A stretch of DNA of 54,681 bases from Candidatus Aminicenantales bacterium (GCA_049512315.1 JBEKXF010000024.1:1-54681), one strand, 5' to 3'; shown: positions 19,146 through 28,755, counted from the stretch's first letter. A program made the numbers and translations. The notes: generated from the letters alone by a model not told the origin.

Positions 19146-19466
19146 GTGAGTATTTTTGATATTTTGGGGAAAGAATGCGCAATTGAGGAAATTACTAGGT
19201 TCATTCAAAGCAGAGACCGTGATCCGGTATGGAATCAATGGTACGTTGGCATTACTGACAACCCGAGTTGAAGGCTCTTCGAGGAACATAACGCCTCAAG
19301 AAATGATAGTATCGTTGTTACCGTTGAATCTGAGGCAGTCGCCCGGAGCGTTGAAAAGTTCTTTATTGAACTCAATGGAACGGAAGGGAATCCAGGAGGA
19401 GGGGAGAACCCTCGTTTTGTTTACGCGTTCAAAATGATGCCGCAGACGCGCCCTTCTCCAGGATGA
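19146..19466 (+). pseudogene. small GIY-YIG-like protein interrupted by in-frame TGA (19269-19271)
   Basis: AGGAGG RBS, GTG start; WYVGITDNPS*RLFEEHN...ARSVEKFF...GNPGGG...FVYAFK; not in the ORF track. Confidence 0.65.
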
Positions 19467-19522
19467 GGTTTGAGCCGGGCCAGACCTGGATTTGCGGGAG
19501 AATCTAGGGAAGCAGTCTGACT

Positions 19523-19951
19523 GTGAATTTGTTAAGGACAATTGCCTTTAAGTGGGACCCTGTCGGGGAGATAAAAAAAGCGATCATAATGTGGTCTCCA
19601 GGAGAGCTGAAGCAAGAGAAGGATTACGAGATATCGCTTTATAATTTCCTTCATGAATATTTCGCTGACATTCAGATTGCAAAACAGTATGGAGTGGGGA
19701 TGTCACACGCAGATCTTAACGTCGGGGACAAAGTACTAATCGAAATCAAAAAGGATCTCCAGGAAAAAACTAAGTTTGACCGGTTGATCGGACAATTGGA
19801 GGATTATCTTAAATGGAAAGGAGAGACGATCATTCTTCTCGTCGGAGAAACGGAGCCCAATTTAAGGAAAAAGCTTCTTCGTCATGCAGAAGAGCGGAGC
19901 TCCTATCATAGCCCCGGCTTCCACTTGATAAATAAGCAGGCTGAGGTTTAA
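19523..19951 (+). CDS. PD-(D/E)XK nuclease-like protein
   Basis: E...HADLNVGDKVLIEIKK...RLIGQLEDY. Confidence 0.6.
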   Translation: MNLLRTIAFKWDPVGEIKKAIIMWSPGELKQEKDYEISLYNFLHEYFADIQIAKQYGVGMSHADLNVGDKVLIEIKKDLQEKTKFDRLIGQLEDYLKWKGETIILLVGETEPNLRKKLLRHAEERSSYHSPGFHLINKQAEV

Positions 19952-20141
19952 GTTCTCTCATGCAGGATGGACATATGGGCGATGTTGGTTCCGTCGTTGA
20001 TAACCTCTATCGCCAGTTTATGCTGGCGACCTCTTTTTCGTCTTCGGCTCAGCAGAAAAGGAAGAGGATAAGAAACTACTCCAGAGTTATTTTTCCGACG
20101 ACCTAAGAATTGTAATCCCGGGGCCTCAGGATTTCAGAAGG

Positions 20142-20474
20142 GTGCGTGAACGAGCGATCGTTATAAAAGAAGCATGCGGAAATTCATCTGCGGCTTTCGC
20201 CTACATGGCGATATTGTTATTCATTCGCCAACTGATGAACTGGCTTTTCCACCACCATCGTCTTTGGGACGACTGGACCATACTCATCAATGGTTGTTTT
20301 TTCATCATCGTTTTGTTATCAGCCCGCGTACTTTGGAGAGCTCATCACTATCACTCGAAAAGGGAAAAACTTTTTAGGGAAGAACATATAAAAGCACATA
20401 AACCTGAAGAAGAAAATACCATGATCCTAGGAGAGGACACTTTGGGCAACGATCCATTCGCGCAAAAACGTTAG
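20142..20474 (+). CDS. small two-TM membrane protein (start uncertain)
   Basis: Two hydrophobic segments; frame stays open upstream. Confidence 0.4.
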   Translation: MRERAIVIKEACGNSSAAFAYMAILLFIRQLMNWLFHHHRLWDDWTILINGCFFIIVLLSARVLWRAHHYHSKREKLFREEHIKAHKPEEENTMILGEDTLGNDPFAQKR

Positions 20475-20495
20475 CCTTAGGCTTAAGGAGAGTAC

Positions 20496-20978
20496 ATGAA
20501 CTCACAACTCACTGGTGCTGCAGGGGTCTTTTATGTAGCCTCAGAATTGAGCATGCGCGGCCTCGTTGTGCTTCCGAGTATTAGGAATGTTAAGGGCGCC
20601 GATATCCTCGTCGCTGATCCGGACGGAAAATGTTTCGCATTCCTGCAGGTAAAAACGAGTCAATATAAGGTTACTTTCTGGCCCATAGGAGAGAGCGCCC
20701 TTAAATGGAAAGGACGGGATTGTTATTACGTCTTCGTTCGCAGAGTTCATGGTCGGTTCGAGGCCTTCCTCGAGAAAGCCTCCGTCGTTGCGAAAGAAGT
20801 TGCAGCTGCTGATCGTATGGCGACTGAACGTGGAAATAAGAAATGGGCTCTTGCCTGGCCCATATCCGGAAGAGACGCGACACCGGGCTCTGAGGAACGA
20901 ACCCGCCGCCAGTGGGAAGAGTTCACCTTAGCGCCCGAACACACGTACGGCAAGGATCCGTGCCCGCCGAAGGAGTAA
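20496..20978 (+). CDS. PD-(D/E)XK endonuclease-like protein
   Basis: GAAGVFYVASELSMRG...GADIL...LQVKT; AAGGAG RBS. Confidence 0.7.
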   Translation: MNSQLTGAAGVFYVASELSMRGLVVLPSIRNVKGADILVADPDGKCFAFLQVKTSQYKVTFWPIGESALKWKGRDCYYVFVRRVHGRFEAFLEKASVVAKEVAAADRMATERGNKKWALAWPISGRDATPGSEERTRRQWEEFTLAPEHTYGKDPCPPKE

Positions 20979-21017
20979 CCATTCATAGGTCTCTTTTCGA
21001 GCCGGAAAGGATAAGGG

Positions 21018-21270
21018 ATGCCTAAGACAATACATGAGTTTAGAGATCCAATTCATGTATTTATTAAGGTCTCTATTGACGAGCGGAAGATAATTGATTC
21101 AAGGCCTTTTCAACGGCTAAGGAACATTAGCCAGCTCGCATTAACCAGCTTGTTATATCCGGGCGCAACCCATAAGCGATTTGAGCACTCCTTGGGCGTC
21201 AAGGAATTGGCTTCAAGGATTTTTGACGTCATTTTTTCTGACCAAAATAGGGAGAATTTGCCTATATCAA
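21018..21270 (+). pseudogene. truncated HD-domain (dNTPase/SAMHD1-like) gene, N-terminus only
   Basis: FRDPIH...FQRLRNISQL...YPGATHKRFEHSLGV; ends before the HD motif. Confidence 0.8.
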
Positions 21271-21282
21271 GAGGGGGGGCAA

Positions 21283-21480
21283 ATGAAGAACCAGGAAAGA
21301 CTCAATTCTTGGAAAGAAATATCAAAATACGCAAATCGAGAAATTAGGACTTGTTATCGATGGGCAAAAAAACTCAACTTTCCGGTTCGGCGAATAGATG
21401 AGAAATCCGCGCGGTCCCGAGTTTTTGCATATAAGGACGAGATCGACAAATGGTTTTCCAAAAGGAAAAGATATCAGTAA
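21283..21480 (+). CDS. small HTH DNA-binding protein (LNSWKEI...RTCYRW..LNFPVRR)
   Basis: ATG after GAGGGGG; recognisable HTH pattern. Confidence 0.7.
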   Translation: MKNQERLNSWKEISKYANREIRTCYRWAKKLNFPVRRIDEKSARSRVFAYKDEIDKWFSKRKRYQ

Positions 21481-21536
21481 GGGTAAACATGGTAGCTGCT
21501 AATTAGAGGCTTAATATTAGCACACTTTGCAGGTTG

Positions 21537-21816
21537 CCCCGTGGCTTGCCACGGGGAGGAATGCATGCTTTGGCAAGGAGGTAATAAGGGGGACCGGGAC
21601 GTCCCCTTTATCCGCATAGGTCCTTGCTCGACAATGTGATATAAATGAGGCGTGGGACTGAAAATAACAAGTCATTTGGTCTGCGACACTTCCTGTCATG
21701 TGGTTTGGTATCCGAAATATCGGAAGAAGATTTTCGAGCGGGCGGAAGTCCAAGAACGAGCGATACGGACGGTTCAGGAGATCTGCGAGGCGTACGACAT
21801 CGAGATTTTCGGATAG
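21537..21816 (+). mobile_element. tnpA: IS200/IS605 remnant: terminal hairpin and truncated tnpA (21652-21816)
   Basis: Hairpin CCCCGTGG-CTTG-CCACGGGG; frame VGLKITSHLVCDTSCHVVWYPKYRKKIFE...EICEAYDIEI*. Confidence 0.75.
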
Positions 21817-22208
21817 ATATTTTCGGGCCTTCTCCCTAGATTGCCAAGAGTTCTAAAACAATATTCTTCATATTGAGGAGAATTTGCTCTGTCTTTGAAA
21901 CAATCAGCGAGGAGGTAACACCCCAGATTTTCCCGTCAGTGCTTACTGTCAATCTATCTCTGCCAGCCGAGCAATAAAAAATTGCCCTTTGGTCATCTTC
22001 TCTAAAGTTGGATTTCTCTGGTATTTTTATAATAATCTAAAGGAAAATTATTGACTTAATCTGAAATTATCAGACATTCCGTTCAGAAATATTGACTATT
22101 AGCACATCGAGACTTATATAAAGATCAAACAGCATATTGTAGGGTAGTTTGTTTCGTTATTTCTAAGAATCTTGGTGTTCGGCATGATTTATTATAAGGA
22201 GGTGACCA

Positions 22209-22526
22209 ATGAGTCGCGAGTTTGGCAAAAACAACATCCTTTTACGGTGGCCGGACTGGATGAAACCGCCTTGGTGGCGCGTAGCCTACCTGATTCCTCC
22301 TTTCCTGAGGAAGGACCTTTCCGAGCTCGTTCAAGTTCCGGTCGGCGAAAAATTTCAAAATGTCATCGAAGAACACACAAGGGCGTTCATTGAAAAGGGA
22401 GTCGAACCGCCCAAGGAAATCGCCGGCGTGATTTACAACATCGCCGACGATCTTCAGCATGGCCGTGAAGCTATCCTCAGGACGGGGGACTACATCGCTA
22501 TCCAAACCTTTATCAAACGCACGTGA
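22209..22526 (+). CDS. hypothetical 105-aa protein upstream of radical SAM gene
   Basis: Strong RBS AAGGAGGT; Trp/Pro-rich N-terminus. Confidence 0.75.
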   Translation: MSREFGKNNILLRWPDWMKPPWWRVAYLIPPFLRKDLSELVQVPVGEKFQNVIEEHTRAFIEKGVEPPKEIAGVIYNIADDLQHGREAILRTGDYIAIQTFIKRT

Positions 22527-22602
22527 GGTCCCTCATTAACAATGCCGACTGAGAGGAAGGCCACGAGGTCTCCGCCGCACAATTCAATAGGAGTACGGGC
22601 TT

Positions 22603-23682
22603 TTGGATCAATTTGACGGCTTTCCCGTCGTCATCGGCTGGGAACTGACACTAACTTGTGATCTTCATTGCCGCCACTGTGCATCCTCCGCTCGTCTTGC
22701 TAGACCGAACGAGCTGACTTCTCGCGAGGCCCTCGAGGTTTGCTATCAACTGCCCGATCTGCTCGTGCAGGAGGTTGATTTCACAGGGGGAGAACCCCTG
22801 TTGACGTATCATTGGGAGTCGATCGCGAGTCGTTTGACACATTACGGCATAGACGTTCAGATTTTAACAAACGGGTCCTCTATGAACCCCTCGATTGCCA
22901 GGCGAATTAGGGATTCTGGGATTGTTGCGGTGGGGATCAGCCTGGATGGACTGGCGCCCAGTCATGACCGTCTTCGCGCTTGTCCGGGGCTATTCCGTCG
23001 TGTCCTTCAAGCCGTCGAATGCGTTCTGAAGGAAGGACTCCATCTGACCGTCATCACAACGGTCCATTCAGGAAATCTTGGCGAGCTGCCGAGTCTCTTT
23101 GACTTGTTGCCGAAAATAGGGATCCGCAATTGGCAAATTCAGCCGATATTTCCCCTCGGACGAAGCAGGCATGGGCCGGACCTACTTCTGAGCGAGGCCA
23201 ATTACATTAAATTGGGAGATTTCATCCTGAAGCATCAGCCCAGAGCAAAACAAGCTGGATGGGATCTGGGCCCGGCCGATCCATGCGGGTACTTCACAGA
23301 ACTAGATACGAGAAATACGGCTTGGCGGGGATGCCCGGCAGGGCTCGCAACTTGTGGCATAACGAGCGACGGTCGAATAAAGGGATGTCTCTCTATGCCC
23401 GACCAATACATAGAGGGAGACCTTAGGCGGAAGAGCTTCTGGGATATCTGGTTCGACCCAGAGGCCTTCTCCTACCGGCGACGTTTCGCTCCGGACCAAC
23501 TCGGACCTTCGTGCAGACTGTGTGAAAAAGCCCAAATCTGTCAAGGCGGATGTTCGGCGATGTCCATCGGGAGCACAGGAAGTTTTCATAATGACCCTTA
23601 TTGTTTTTATGGAATAAGCAAAAGGAATCAATCTAGTCTTTCCGGGAATAGGCGGGCGTTATTGAATGTCAGTAGCTCATAA
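22603..23682 (+). CDS. radical SAM/SPASM domain protein
   Basis: CDLHCRHC, GGEP, ISLDG; SPASM CPAG..C.I.SDG.IKGC...CRLC....ICQGGC...DPYC. Confidence 0.92.
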   Translation: MDQFDGFPVVIGWELTLTCDLHCRHCASSARLARPNELTSREALEVCYQLPDLLVQEVDFTGGEPLLTYHWESIASRLTHYGIDVQILTNGSSMNPSIARRIRDSGIVAVGISLDGLAPSHDRLRACPGLFRRVLQAVECVLKEGLHLTVITTVHSGNLGELPSLFDLLPKIGIRNWQIQPIFPLGRSRHGPDLLLSEANYIKLGDFILKHQPRAKQAGWDLGPADPCGYFTELDTRNTAWRGCPAGLATCGITSDGRIKGCLSMPDQYIEGDLRRKSFWDIWFDPEAFSYRRRFAPDQLGPSCRLCEKAQICQGGCSAMSIGSTGSFHNDPYCFYGISKRNQSSLSGNRRALLNVSSS

Positions 23683-23838
23683 AATTGCATTCGGCTACAA
23701 ATTCTCTATTTGGGTTTTAATAGGAAAATCTTCCGTTTTTTCCTCGATTAAAGCCATAAGATATAAAAACTCTCGAGGATCGAATTGCATAAATCATATT
23801 GAAAGATATGCATTTTTGGGCGAGATGCAGGTAATGTA

Positions 23839-24126
23839 ATGGCAACTCTGCATGAAGTCAAATGTATCAACAAGAGTGATAGGAATAATCCCCATGAGCG
23901 GATTCTCTCAATAGGTGGGCTTAATAATGATGGCACAAGGTGGAAGCTGGGACAACAAGACGCCATAAAAGGAACCGAAGAAGGGAAGTGGTCATTTTAC
24001 GTAACCAAGAACGGAGAGACAGTCAAGGTTATTGTCGCTACAAGCAAATATGGGCATAAGTATCTAAAGACCGAAGCTGACGGAGAGCAACCGAATAATC
24101 TACTTAGTCTTCCGGAATGTCCTTAA
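23839..24126 (+). CDS. DUF3892-like protein
   Basis: CINKSDR.NPHERI...KYLKTEADG...NNLLSLPEC. Confidence 0.8.
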   Translation: MATLHEVKCINKSDRNNPHERILSIGGLNNDGTRWKLGQQDAIKGTEEGKWSFYVTKNGETVKVIVATSKYGHKYLKTEADGEQPNNLLSLPECP

Positions 24127-24188
24127 CAAAGGCTTTAAATAATTTTGAATGCTGTTTAGGTTAATAAGCTAAAGAGGGCGGTTCGGTT

Positions 24189-24395
24189 ATGACAAATGAA
24201 AGAAAATATTATTGCTGGGGCGATGACCATGAGGATCTTACGAAAAAGGTTGAAGATGCTAAGCCGCCGGATACAACGGTTATTACTTTTAGGACTATTT
24301 CTTCTGATTCTGTAAAAGCTAAAACGCCTCACAAATGGCGTGTTGAAGTAAAATGTTGTAAAGGACACGAGAATATCTTCGAGGGGGAAGATTAG
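24189..24395 (+). CDS. small hypothetical protein (YCW...VKCCKGHEN)
   Basis: Operon position, RBS-like GAGG. Confidence 0.6.
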   Translation: MTNERKYYCWGDDHEDLTKKVEDAKPPDTTVITFRTISSDSVKAKTPHKWRVEVKCCKGHENIFEGED

Positions 24396-24428
24396 ACTCA
24401 CTATGTCTTAAGAGGAGCCAAATCTCAC

Positions 24429-25172
24429 ATGGACGAAAAGACCCAAATTGGGAGGCCGCCAGACGAAGAGGACAAATATTGGCTAGAGCAAGCCAATACG
24501 ATTACACCTGAGAAGTCTATCGAACGCATAGATGCCCACGGCAAATATCTGTTCAGCACTGTCTCAATCGTCGGGACTCTTCTAACAGGCTTCGGATTAT
24601 TCAGCCCTTCGGGGTCCGCTGTCTTGCGCACTCCATGGCTTGTTGTTCCTGTTTTGTTCGCGTGCTTGAGCCTAGCCTTGGCCATGATGGGCATTACGCC
24701 TAGATTGGATAAGGTTAGCCGCAGGGACATTATCTCAATCCGTAATCATTATAATAATCTTATTCGCAAGAGAGGTCGTTTTGTCTTCTGGGGGGGAGTG
24801 TTTTTCTCTCTCAGCCTTCTTTCGGTTGCCATTATCTTGCCAACTTCCTTAAATACATCTGATTTTAATCCAACGATATCTGTCCGCTTTATGGGTGGCG
24901 GAGAAAAGGCAGTTCTTACCACGAAGGTTGAATTCCAAAGGCTGCCACGATCCGGGATGATTGAAACCAACATTTTCGGCTATAGCGATTTAAAGGAAGG
25001 CATTAAACCGACGATTCTCTTCAGGGATATTTCGCAAGCGAATCGATCTGGCAACACAACTGTGGCGGCCGAACAAGATCAAATACAAAGTTATAAAAGA
25101 TTTGTGATCAACTGCAGGGTAAAATCGGCCGCTAAACTTCTTTATGAAAAAACGGTAGAAATTAGTCATTAA
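24429..25172 (+). CDS. three-TM membrane protein with C-terminal soluble domain
   Basis: GAGGAG RBS; three hydrophobic segments. Confidence 0.75.
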   Translation: MDEKTQIGRPPDEEDKYWLEQANTITPEKSIERIDAHGKYLFSTVSIVGTLLTGFGLFSPSGSAVLRTPWLVVPVLFACLSLALAMMGITPRLDKVSRRDIISIRNHYNNLIRKRGRFVFWGGVFFSLSLLSVAIILPTSLNTSDFNPTISVRFMGGGEKAVLTTKVEFQRLPRSGMIETNIFGYSDLKEGIKPTILFRDISQANRSGNTTVAAEQDQIQSYKRFVINCRVKSAAKLLYEKTVEISH

Positions 25173-25203
25173 GGCTATTCGTCGTCAACCAGGGGGGAGA
25201 AAA

Positions 25204-25524
25204 ATGCCAAACGTAAAGATTAAGTACGAGCTAAGGGTGCCCAACGGGTTATCGGTTGAAGAACTTGTTTTTGAGCATACACAAGTTGATTTAGCAAAAG
25301 ATAAAGACCCCGCGGATCCAAATCTGTTTAAGAGTTTGGAGGCCTACTCTGCTTATCCCTCAGATGATCAGCTCAGAATTAAGCTCTTAGCCAATGGGCA
25401 AGAGGGATTTGCCTGGACATTAAAAGTCTGGGCCAACGATAAATCAATAACTGACACACCTATCGAAATATCATGTAATTCTATGGGAAAGGCAGATTAC
25501 GATGATAAAATTAGATGGAAATAG
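25204..25524 (+). CDS. hypothetical beta-rich protein
   Basis: GGGGGAG RBS; in operon. Confidence 0.65.
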   Translation: MPNVKIKYELRVPNGLSVEELVFEHTQVDLAKDKDPADPNLFKSLEAYSAYPSDDQLRIKLLANGQEGFAWTLKVWANDKSITDTPIEISCNSMGKADYDDKIRWK

Positions 25525-26863
25525 ATACTTTCTGCGCTTTTGGCTGGTTGTTTCTCTAGCCTTTACACTCTTCACACCCCCGATGATCAGCGCTCAAGTT
25601 CTTGTTCAAGATTCCAAGGGAAGCAGCTCTATCTTGTATCATGGGTGTACGATTGGACTTAATTTATCAGAGGCGGCATTTGAATTCGATTATAATAATT
25701 TTTCCAACAGATACGTTCGCGATTTTAGAGGACACCTTGTTTGGGGGTTTCAACTCAGCGCCCAGAACAAGGATGGAGTGGCCAATCTTCTTGATACGGG
25801 GAAATGGACGCCCGAAGCAAAAGGGGTCATAACCCTTGGATATTCTCTCTCCAATTTGAACGCCAAATCGTATGCGGAATTGTCCCGGAGTATTGACTTA
25901 TTAAATCGAGAGATCACTGGCCTAGATAATGGGATGGATGGGAAAACAAAAGCTATGCTTGATGGCTATCTCAAGTCTATAAAGGACAAAAAAGACAGCG
26001 ATAAGCTGATAGCCGAATTGAAATCAATTGTAGGGGAGAAAGACTTTAGAGATCTGGCGGCATCCATACAAAACCTAGCGTCTAAGTTTCCTGAATTTGG
26101 GCGTGGTCTTCTTTCATTTGCCGATGAGATATCCATTAACATAGGGCAAGATTTACAATCTAAAAATGAAAAGCTCATGAAACTCAAGGGTCTTGAAATC
26201 GAACAACGGAACTATAGAGCGACACATAGATATATTATGGCTGTCTTCTATGCGAATATCGGATTGTCTGCGAACTCATTCAAGTACTATAACGAAAACA
26301 GCACGGGAGATTTCAAGAGTAGGTTTGAGGACAAGAATTTCATAGGACCCCTTATCAATATTGGTGCTAATCTACAGTGGGGTGGACGATACATATTTGG
26401 CATCAGCGGCGGACTTAAACGCATAAACAATCTTGAATCTCTCTCTAAAAAGGAATTTACGTTACAAAGTGTGGAAATTCTTGGTTCACAAGTATTGATC
26501 GATGAAAAGAAAATCACGGCTTTTGCTGGCACATATGGCACATTAAACCAATACAACCTAAGTGCCGATATTCTTAGGTTTCATAAACTCGGGATTCAGC
26601 AGGTGATCGTTTCTCATCTTTACCTCAGACACAATATAACCGCTAACACTAATTTGGTTCCCACACAGACTAATGCAGGGCTGGGTGTTTATTACTTTAA
26701 GAACAATGGCGCCTTCCTGGGCGGCTTATATGTAGAAGCTCCTGATATCGCCAACAATATTGAAAAGCATAAGGCTGAGCCCAAGCTTAAGCCGCTTTAT
26801 AATAGAATAAAATTTGGGATTATAGCTAAGATCACGTTTGGCTCACTCTCCTCAATAAATTAA
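25502..26863 (+). CDS. exported protein, possible beta-barrel with inserted helical domain
   Basis: Signal peptide; alternating beta-strand pattern; helical insert. Confidence 0.65.
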   Translation: MIKLDGNRYFLRFWLVVSLAFTLFTPPMISAQVLVQDSKGSSSILYHGCTIGLNLSEAAFEFDYNNFSNRYVRDFRGHLVWGFQLSAQNKDGVANLLDTGKWTPEAKGVITLGYSLSNLNAKSYAELSRSIDLLNREITGLDNGMDGKTKAMLDGYLKSIKDKKDSDKLIAELKSIVGEKDFRDLAASIQNLASKFPEFGRGLLSFADEISINIGQDLQSKNEKLMKLKGLEIEQRNYRATHRYIMAVFYANIGLSANSFKYYNENSTGDFKSRFEDKNFIGPLINIGANLQWGGRYIFGISGGLKRINNLESLSKKEFTLQSVEILGSQVLIDEKKITAFAGTYGTLNQYNLSADILRFHKLGIQQVIVSHLYLRHNITANTNLVPTQTNAGLGVYYFKNNGAFLGGLYVEAPDIANNIEKHKAEPKLKPLYNRIKFGIIAKITFGSLSSIN

Positions 26864-26959
26864 GTATATTCGAATCGAACAGGCTGCTGGCTAGACCGTG
26901 AGGCGTGACCGTAATGGTGGGGAAACAGGTCGTTACCGGTTTTTCTTATCTCGAGCCGG

Positions 26960-27145
26960 GCGTTACCCCCAGGGGACCGAGCCGATGAGGTATTCCCGAG
27001 GATAAGGGTTGCGGTATTCGTAGATGGTTCCTTTTGGCATTCCTGCCCAATCCATGGGACTGTGTCAAAAAAAACACTGAATGGTGGAAAGCAAAGCTCC
27101 GGTCAATTGTCTTACGTAACAAGAAAATTTCCGCTCGGCTCATCC
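26960..27145 (+). pseudogene. vsr: very-short-patch repair endonuclease fragment
   Basis: DEVFPRIRVAVFVDGSFWHSCPIHG, frameshift at the A8 tract, then NTEWWKAKL. Confidence 0.75.
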
Positions 27146-27262
27146 CATTTCAGCCGGCCCACCAGAAAACGAATTGCCTGTCTTTCCAACGGAATAAATT
27201 AGTTTGATCAGGTTGGAGGACACAAGAGAGATGTGCATGGACAATCAAGAAAGGAGGTAGAT

Positions 27263-27898
27263 ATGTTTTTCAAGATTGTGGGTCGATTTATACTCTGCTT
27301 ATTTTATCTTCTGCTGGCGTATTGTTTTGCTTATGCTTCGGTAGTATTATTTACAGCCCCCGCGGTCCCTTGCGATGATTTCATGGCGAAAATTTGCTCG
27401 GGTCTCACCTTAGGCAGAATTTCTGCCTGCGATTGTGCGGCTATCATGTCCGCATACTCTAAAGCTTGGGCAATTTTGTTTGGTCTATTAGCTGCGGCAG
27501 CGGTTCTGGCTTGTATTCACAATAGAAAACCTAAGAAACCATCACCCAGCACACAGAGGATTGTGAAAAGAACAGGAACCCAACCTGAATCATGGTGGCA
27601 TAAGTACAATGGCAAGGAATACAATCCTCTTAATGACGATTACATAATCGCTGGTATAAGCAGTGTCCAATTAGGTAGTCAATTAGGTGATGTAATAGAG
27701 CCTGTCTCGCCTAGGGCGAGAATCGAAACAAATCGCGGGGAGGATCTTGACTGTATCATCTTTCGTGATGGCCATGTAATAAAATTTACAGGCTTCTTAG
27801 GCTTCGAGCAATCACTCTCTCCTGCGGAAGCAGCAAATAAGTTCGGTCAGTACTACTCTAACGCAATGAACTGGTTCAATGGCAACCCATCTCCTTAA
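27263..27898 (+). CDS. membrane protein, two TMs with a Cys-rich loop
   Basis: AGGAGG RBS before ATG 27263. Confidence 0.7.
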   Translation: MFFKIVGRFILCLFYLLLAYCFAYASVVLFTAPAVPCDDFMAKICSGLTLGRISACDCAAIMSAYSKAWAILFGLLAAAAVLACIHNRKPKKPSPSTQRIVKRTGTQPESWWHKYNGKEYNPLNDDYIIAGISSVQLGSQLGDVIEPVSPRARIETNRGEDLDCIIFRDGHVIKFTGFLGFEQSLSPAEAANKFGQYYSNAMNWFNGNPSP

Positions 27899-27991
27899 AA
27901 AGTCCTGACAATGGAATCACCTCTATGATGGCGGCATGAAAGATACGTTAAACTGAATGCAAATAGTCTTTCTTTGGCAAGGGTCCATCTC

Positions 27992-28035
27992 TGGACCTGC
28001 CCCCTGATTAGGTCCATTTTTAGGGATGAGGTCCC
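27992..28035. repeat. 44-bp minimal element of fused IS3-like inverted ends
   Basis: TGGACCTGCCCCCTGATTAGGTCCATTTTTAGGGATGAGGTCCC; similar to 34948-34992. Confidence 0.65.
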
Positions 28036-28442
28036 GGCGTTCAGGGGATGGGGATTATCACAAAACTAAGGCAAGCTGATTGTGACCAAATTGTGACCAA
28101 ACTAGGCATAAATCCGTATGTTTTGGCATACTTCCACATACCCAGAAATCATTCCTAAATTGCTGACAGGACTGACTATTACTTTGTTTTGTGGAGGTTA
28201 AGAGAAACTGGTCTTTCGCTTCCGGAGTCCAACGCTCAATGCTACCGAACTACAGGCATGCAATGGCCATTGTGTTTCAGGGCACTAGAATAAAGAAATG
28301 GCGCGCAGAAGTTTTGTGACCGTTTTGTGACAGATTAGATTGAAAAACGCTGAAAATTAGGCTTTGGGACTGAAAGACGGAAGGCTCGTAGACGGTATCA
28401 TCGGGCCATCATATCTCTCTGATTTTCCAGAGAGATAAGGCA

Positions 28443-28509
28443 TGCCGGTGGAGGGAATCGAACCCACACCCGAGTTGCCCCGGACGGGATTTTGAGTCCA
28501 GTGTGTCTG
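28443..28509 (-). pseudogene. tRNA-Leu(CAA) 3' fragment (att-like core)
   Basis: Reverse complement CAGACACACTGGACTCAAAATCCCG TCCGGGGCAACTCGGG TGTGGGTTCGATTCCCTCCACCGGCA; long variable arm, no 5' strand. Confidence 0.8.
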
Positions 28510-28605
28510 TTCATACTGTACGAACCTCTCCCTGCTATAAGTGAGAAACCCGCCGGCATGTTTGAGTCTATCCTATCGAGGCCATCGTCCGCCTGAAATA
28601 AGGGT

Positions 28606-28665
28606 TGTCAAGATTTACGACGTGTTGAACGCTAAAAAGGGCTTATTCGGACTAATTCGGACTTA
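28606..28665 (+). repeat. arm-type att repeat
   Basis: TGTCAAGATTTACGACGTGTTGAACGCTAAAAAGGGCTTATTCGGACTAATTCGGACTTA, closely matching 45299-45360. Confidence 0.75.
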
Positions 28666-28709
28666 GTGCCTTCCCCCTGGTCCCCGCCTGTTTCTCGGGG
28701 AACTGTCGT

Positions 28710-28755
28710 CTGATTCGTAATCAGTAGGTCGGAGGTTCAATTCCTCTCGCTGGCT
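28710..28755 (+). pseudogene. tRNA-Thr(CGT) 3' half (att-like core)
   Basis: CTGA TTCGTAA TCAG TAGGTC GGAGG TTCAATT CCTCT CGCTGGCT. Confidence 0.8.

Noticed and set aside
19269..19271. Selenocysteine or recoded TGA
   Set aside because: The position fits Arg rather than Cys, no obvious SECIS hairpin follows, and TGA is used as a stop elsewhere in the window.
19156..19437. 93-aa ORF from the track
   Set aside because: Alternative frame of the interrupted gene at 19146-19466, which has the RBS and motifs.
21645..21839. 64-aa ORF from the track
   Set aside because: Wrong frame; the frame starting at 21652 encodes the IS200 TnpA stub.
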